From Octopus sinensis (taxonomy: Eukaryota), in NCBI RefSeq assembly GCF_006345805.1, contig NC_043003.1, positions 105,896,001 through 105,960,000 on the forward strand: a stretch of 64,000 nucleotides of DNA, read 5' to 3'. The notes beneath the pieces are model-generated. The model had not been told where the DNA came from, did no database searches, and saw only the letters and a program-made list of their open reading frames with translations. Numbering within the stretch: position 1 is the stretch's first letter; each line of letters starts with the position of its first letter. Shown in pieces: positions 62,130-64,000 of the stretch. The position numbers were made by a program, and so were the translations under genes.

Positions 62130-64000
62130 TAGTTAATCCAAAAAAGAAAACAAAATAAACGCAAGGACGTGGAACAAATAAAGTATTATTGGACGCTCAG
62201 GAAAGAAGGGAAGAAGGAGATATATATACACACACACATCCACATCCACATCCACACACACACATGCATGCATACATACACATATATACACACACACACA
62301 CACACATATATACACTTACATCTACCTACGTATATACACAGACGCTCGCATATACGGATATGTACGCGCACTCACATACCTACACTCGCATGCATATAGA
62401 CACACAGATGCCCGTGTATGCATGCACACACACACACACACACACACTCACATACACATATATGAATATATGCACATACATACACTCGCACGCTTATACA
62501 TACGCATATACATATGCATATACTCATGTGTGCATACACACACACTCATATATTTACTTATGTAGGTACATACATTCATGCATTATAAACACATGAAGAG
62601 GCACACGTACGTATATGTAGAGAGCAATACAACCCGACAGAGGCACACATGGGTAGAGGCGAAGAAGAGAGGGAGAGAGTTCACTGAATTATCACTATTA
62701 TTTCACATTGCTGAATCTGGAAAATGCATATTTGGCGCGATGGGGACATTTCGGTATTTTCTCACCATGCTTGTTTCCCAAATTTTCATTACTTAACAGG
62801 ATGCACAAGGCTTCCTCAAGTCATAGGTCACATACGCCGGACAGTGTATTATATGGGTATGCATTTTTTATTATTAACCATTCTATTTCATATCTTATTT
62901 TTCCTTCCTATAATCTCCATATTAGGTCCGCTAGCGATGCTGCATGTCACCGGCTTATCTTTCAGAATGTGGAGATATAGTTGCGATAACGGACCTTAAA
63001 TTGGTTTTCAGAGGCTCCTATGTTTTTGTATTGTGGCGATTGTGCATTTATATATGATGTTTTTTTGCATGCATTGGTTTCTTAGCGGACATACTGATTT
63101 CCTGCGACAGCTGCAATTATTTGTACTATCATTATTTTTGCAGTTATCTGGTAACCTTTTGTTTTTGTTTGTGTGATGTTCCGGTTGATTAGCAGTGTTC
63201 TTGATGTAGATCGTTTTGTTGATTGTTTTGAGTCTTTGTTTGAATACTATTATAACTATTGGCGTCGCTATCTATGTTTTTGGGATCCCTATTGTTTATT
63301 TTTGTTATTGTTCCTGTACCCTGTTTTGTTTTGATCGGTTTGTTTCTTGTCTGTGGTCGTTGTTCGCATATATATTTTTTATTGTTTTATTTGTGTATGT
63401 AGTACTCCATGTTGTTGGATGTGGCGTACGATACTTTCACTGTCTGCGCCTATCTAACACTGCAAGGAATTGTTTACTTATCGTTGATGATATTTGCAAT
63501 CCGAAAATTGGATTATACCACAGGACCACGGATTTTTGTATCTTTTGTTTGGTTTCTTTTGCCTATTTTGTGCGTCGCGTTTGCTATTATTGTTATTCTT
63601 TTGGGTTCTGTTTATTTTTTCTTATCTTTCCATTGTGTCTTGAGTTTTTGTGTTTTTATTGTTATGTATTTGTTGTTTTCGTTCATGTTGTGTGTGTTTT
63701 CTACTTTAGGTGTGTTGGTGTTAGTGTTATTTAGGCTTCGCTAGGTGTGAGCTTGATTTTTTTCTTATATCCAGCCCAAGCTAGTGCTTTATTGTAGTAA
63801 GGTGTATGTATGTTAAATATTGTCTCGGTGACTGATAGGCGTGATATTCTGGTGGCTAACCATTCCTTTGGTTATGGATGGTGGATGATTGGACTTTACA
63901 TTTATGTATCTAAGACACACCTTCGGTTTGTGGTATGGTTCATACATCCCTCTTTTTAAGCTAAAAGTAGCAGCTAGGAAATTTGCCTTACGGTAATTTC
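62130..64000 (-). mobile_element. Degenerate Penelope-like element (RT thumb, linker, C-terminal GIY-YIG endonuclease, 3' region); continues off-window
   Basis: Minus-strand fragments in order: NFLAATFSLKRGMYEPYHKP...YINVKSNHPPSI; VLWYNPIFG...SKQFL; TVKVSY; CSCRRKSVCPLRNQC...IIYKCT; IGASENQFKVRYRN; EWLIIKNAYPYNTLSGVCDL*LEEAL...GNK..E...CPHRAK* (stop at 62698). Several stops and frameshifts. Confidence 0.88.

Noticed and set aside
62500-62580. ATGA...TGAG stem as a SECIS for the PLE
   Set aside because: The helix is only about 9 bp, lacks the apical AA at the right spacing, and lies in microsatellite-like sequence.
63216-63744. Hydrophobic plus-strand ORFs of 172 and 111 aa
   Set aside because: Antisense of the A/C-rich PLE linker region.

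Overview
This is AT-rich, repeat-dense animal genomic DNA. The SINE, microsatellite and MITE content suggests a coleoid cephalopod, probably Octopus (inference, not verified). Two spliced genes converge tail-to-tail, and neither is visible as a long ORF. (1) The last four coding exons of an SDR9C-type short-chain dehydrogenase (BDH1/RDH/HSD17B-like) lie on + at 4227-11619; its N-terminal exon(s) were not found. (2) A SLC30A/ZnT cation-diffusion facilitator lies on - with five exons at 40015-26987 and an unresolved last exon; its transport metal site reads RxxxD/HxxxN instead of HxxxD/HxxxD. The rest is mobile DNA: at least five tRNA-derived SINE families, RTE and CR1 LINE fragments, Helitrons, mariner/Merlin/piggyBac-like MITEs, foldback palindromes, a very young non-autonomous Gypsy-type LTR element (58738-61509) and Penelope-like element (PLE) material. 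The most striking signal is a set of hammerhead ribozyme (HHR) candidates in PLE-type repeats: two intact minimal type I HHRs in a 250-bp inverted repeat (42025-42983), a core-variant HHR in a ZnT intron (34928-34970), and a candidate HHR whose three strands are in a non-circularly permuted order (43642-43702). The second copy of the last one shows a compensatory stem change and ends at the predicted cleavage site (58727). All calls were made by eye, with no database searches or folding runs.
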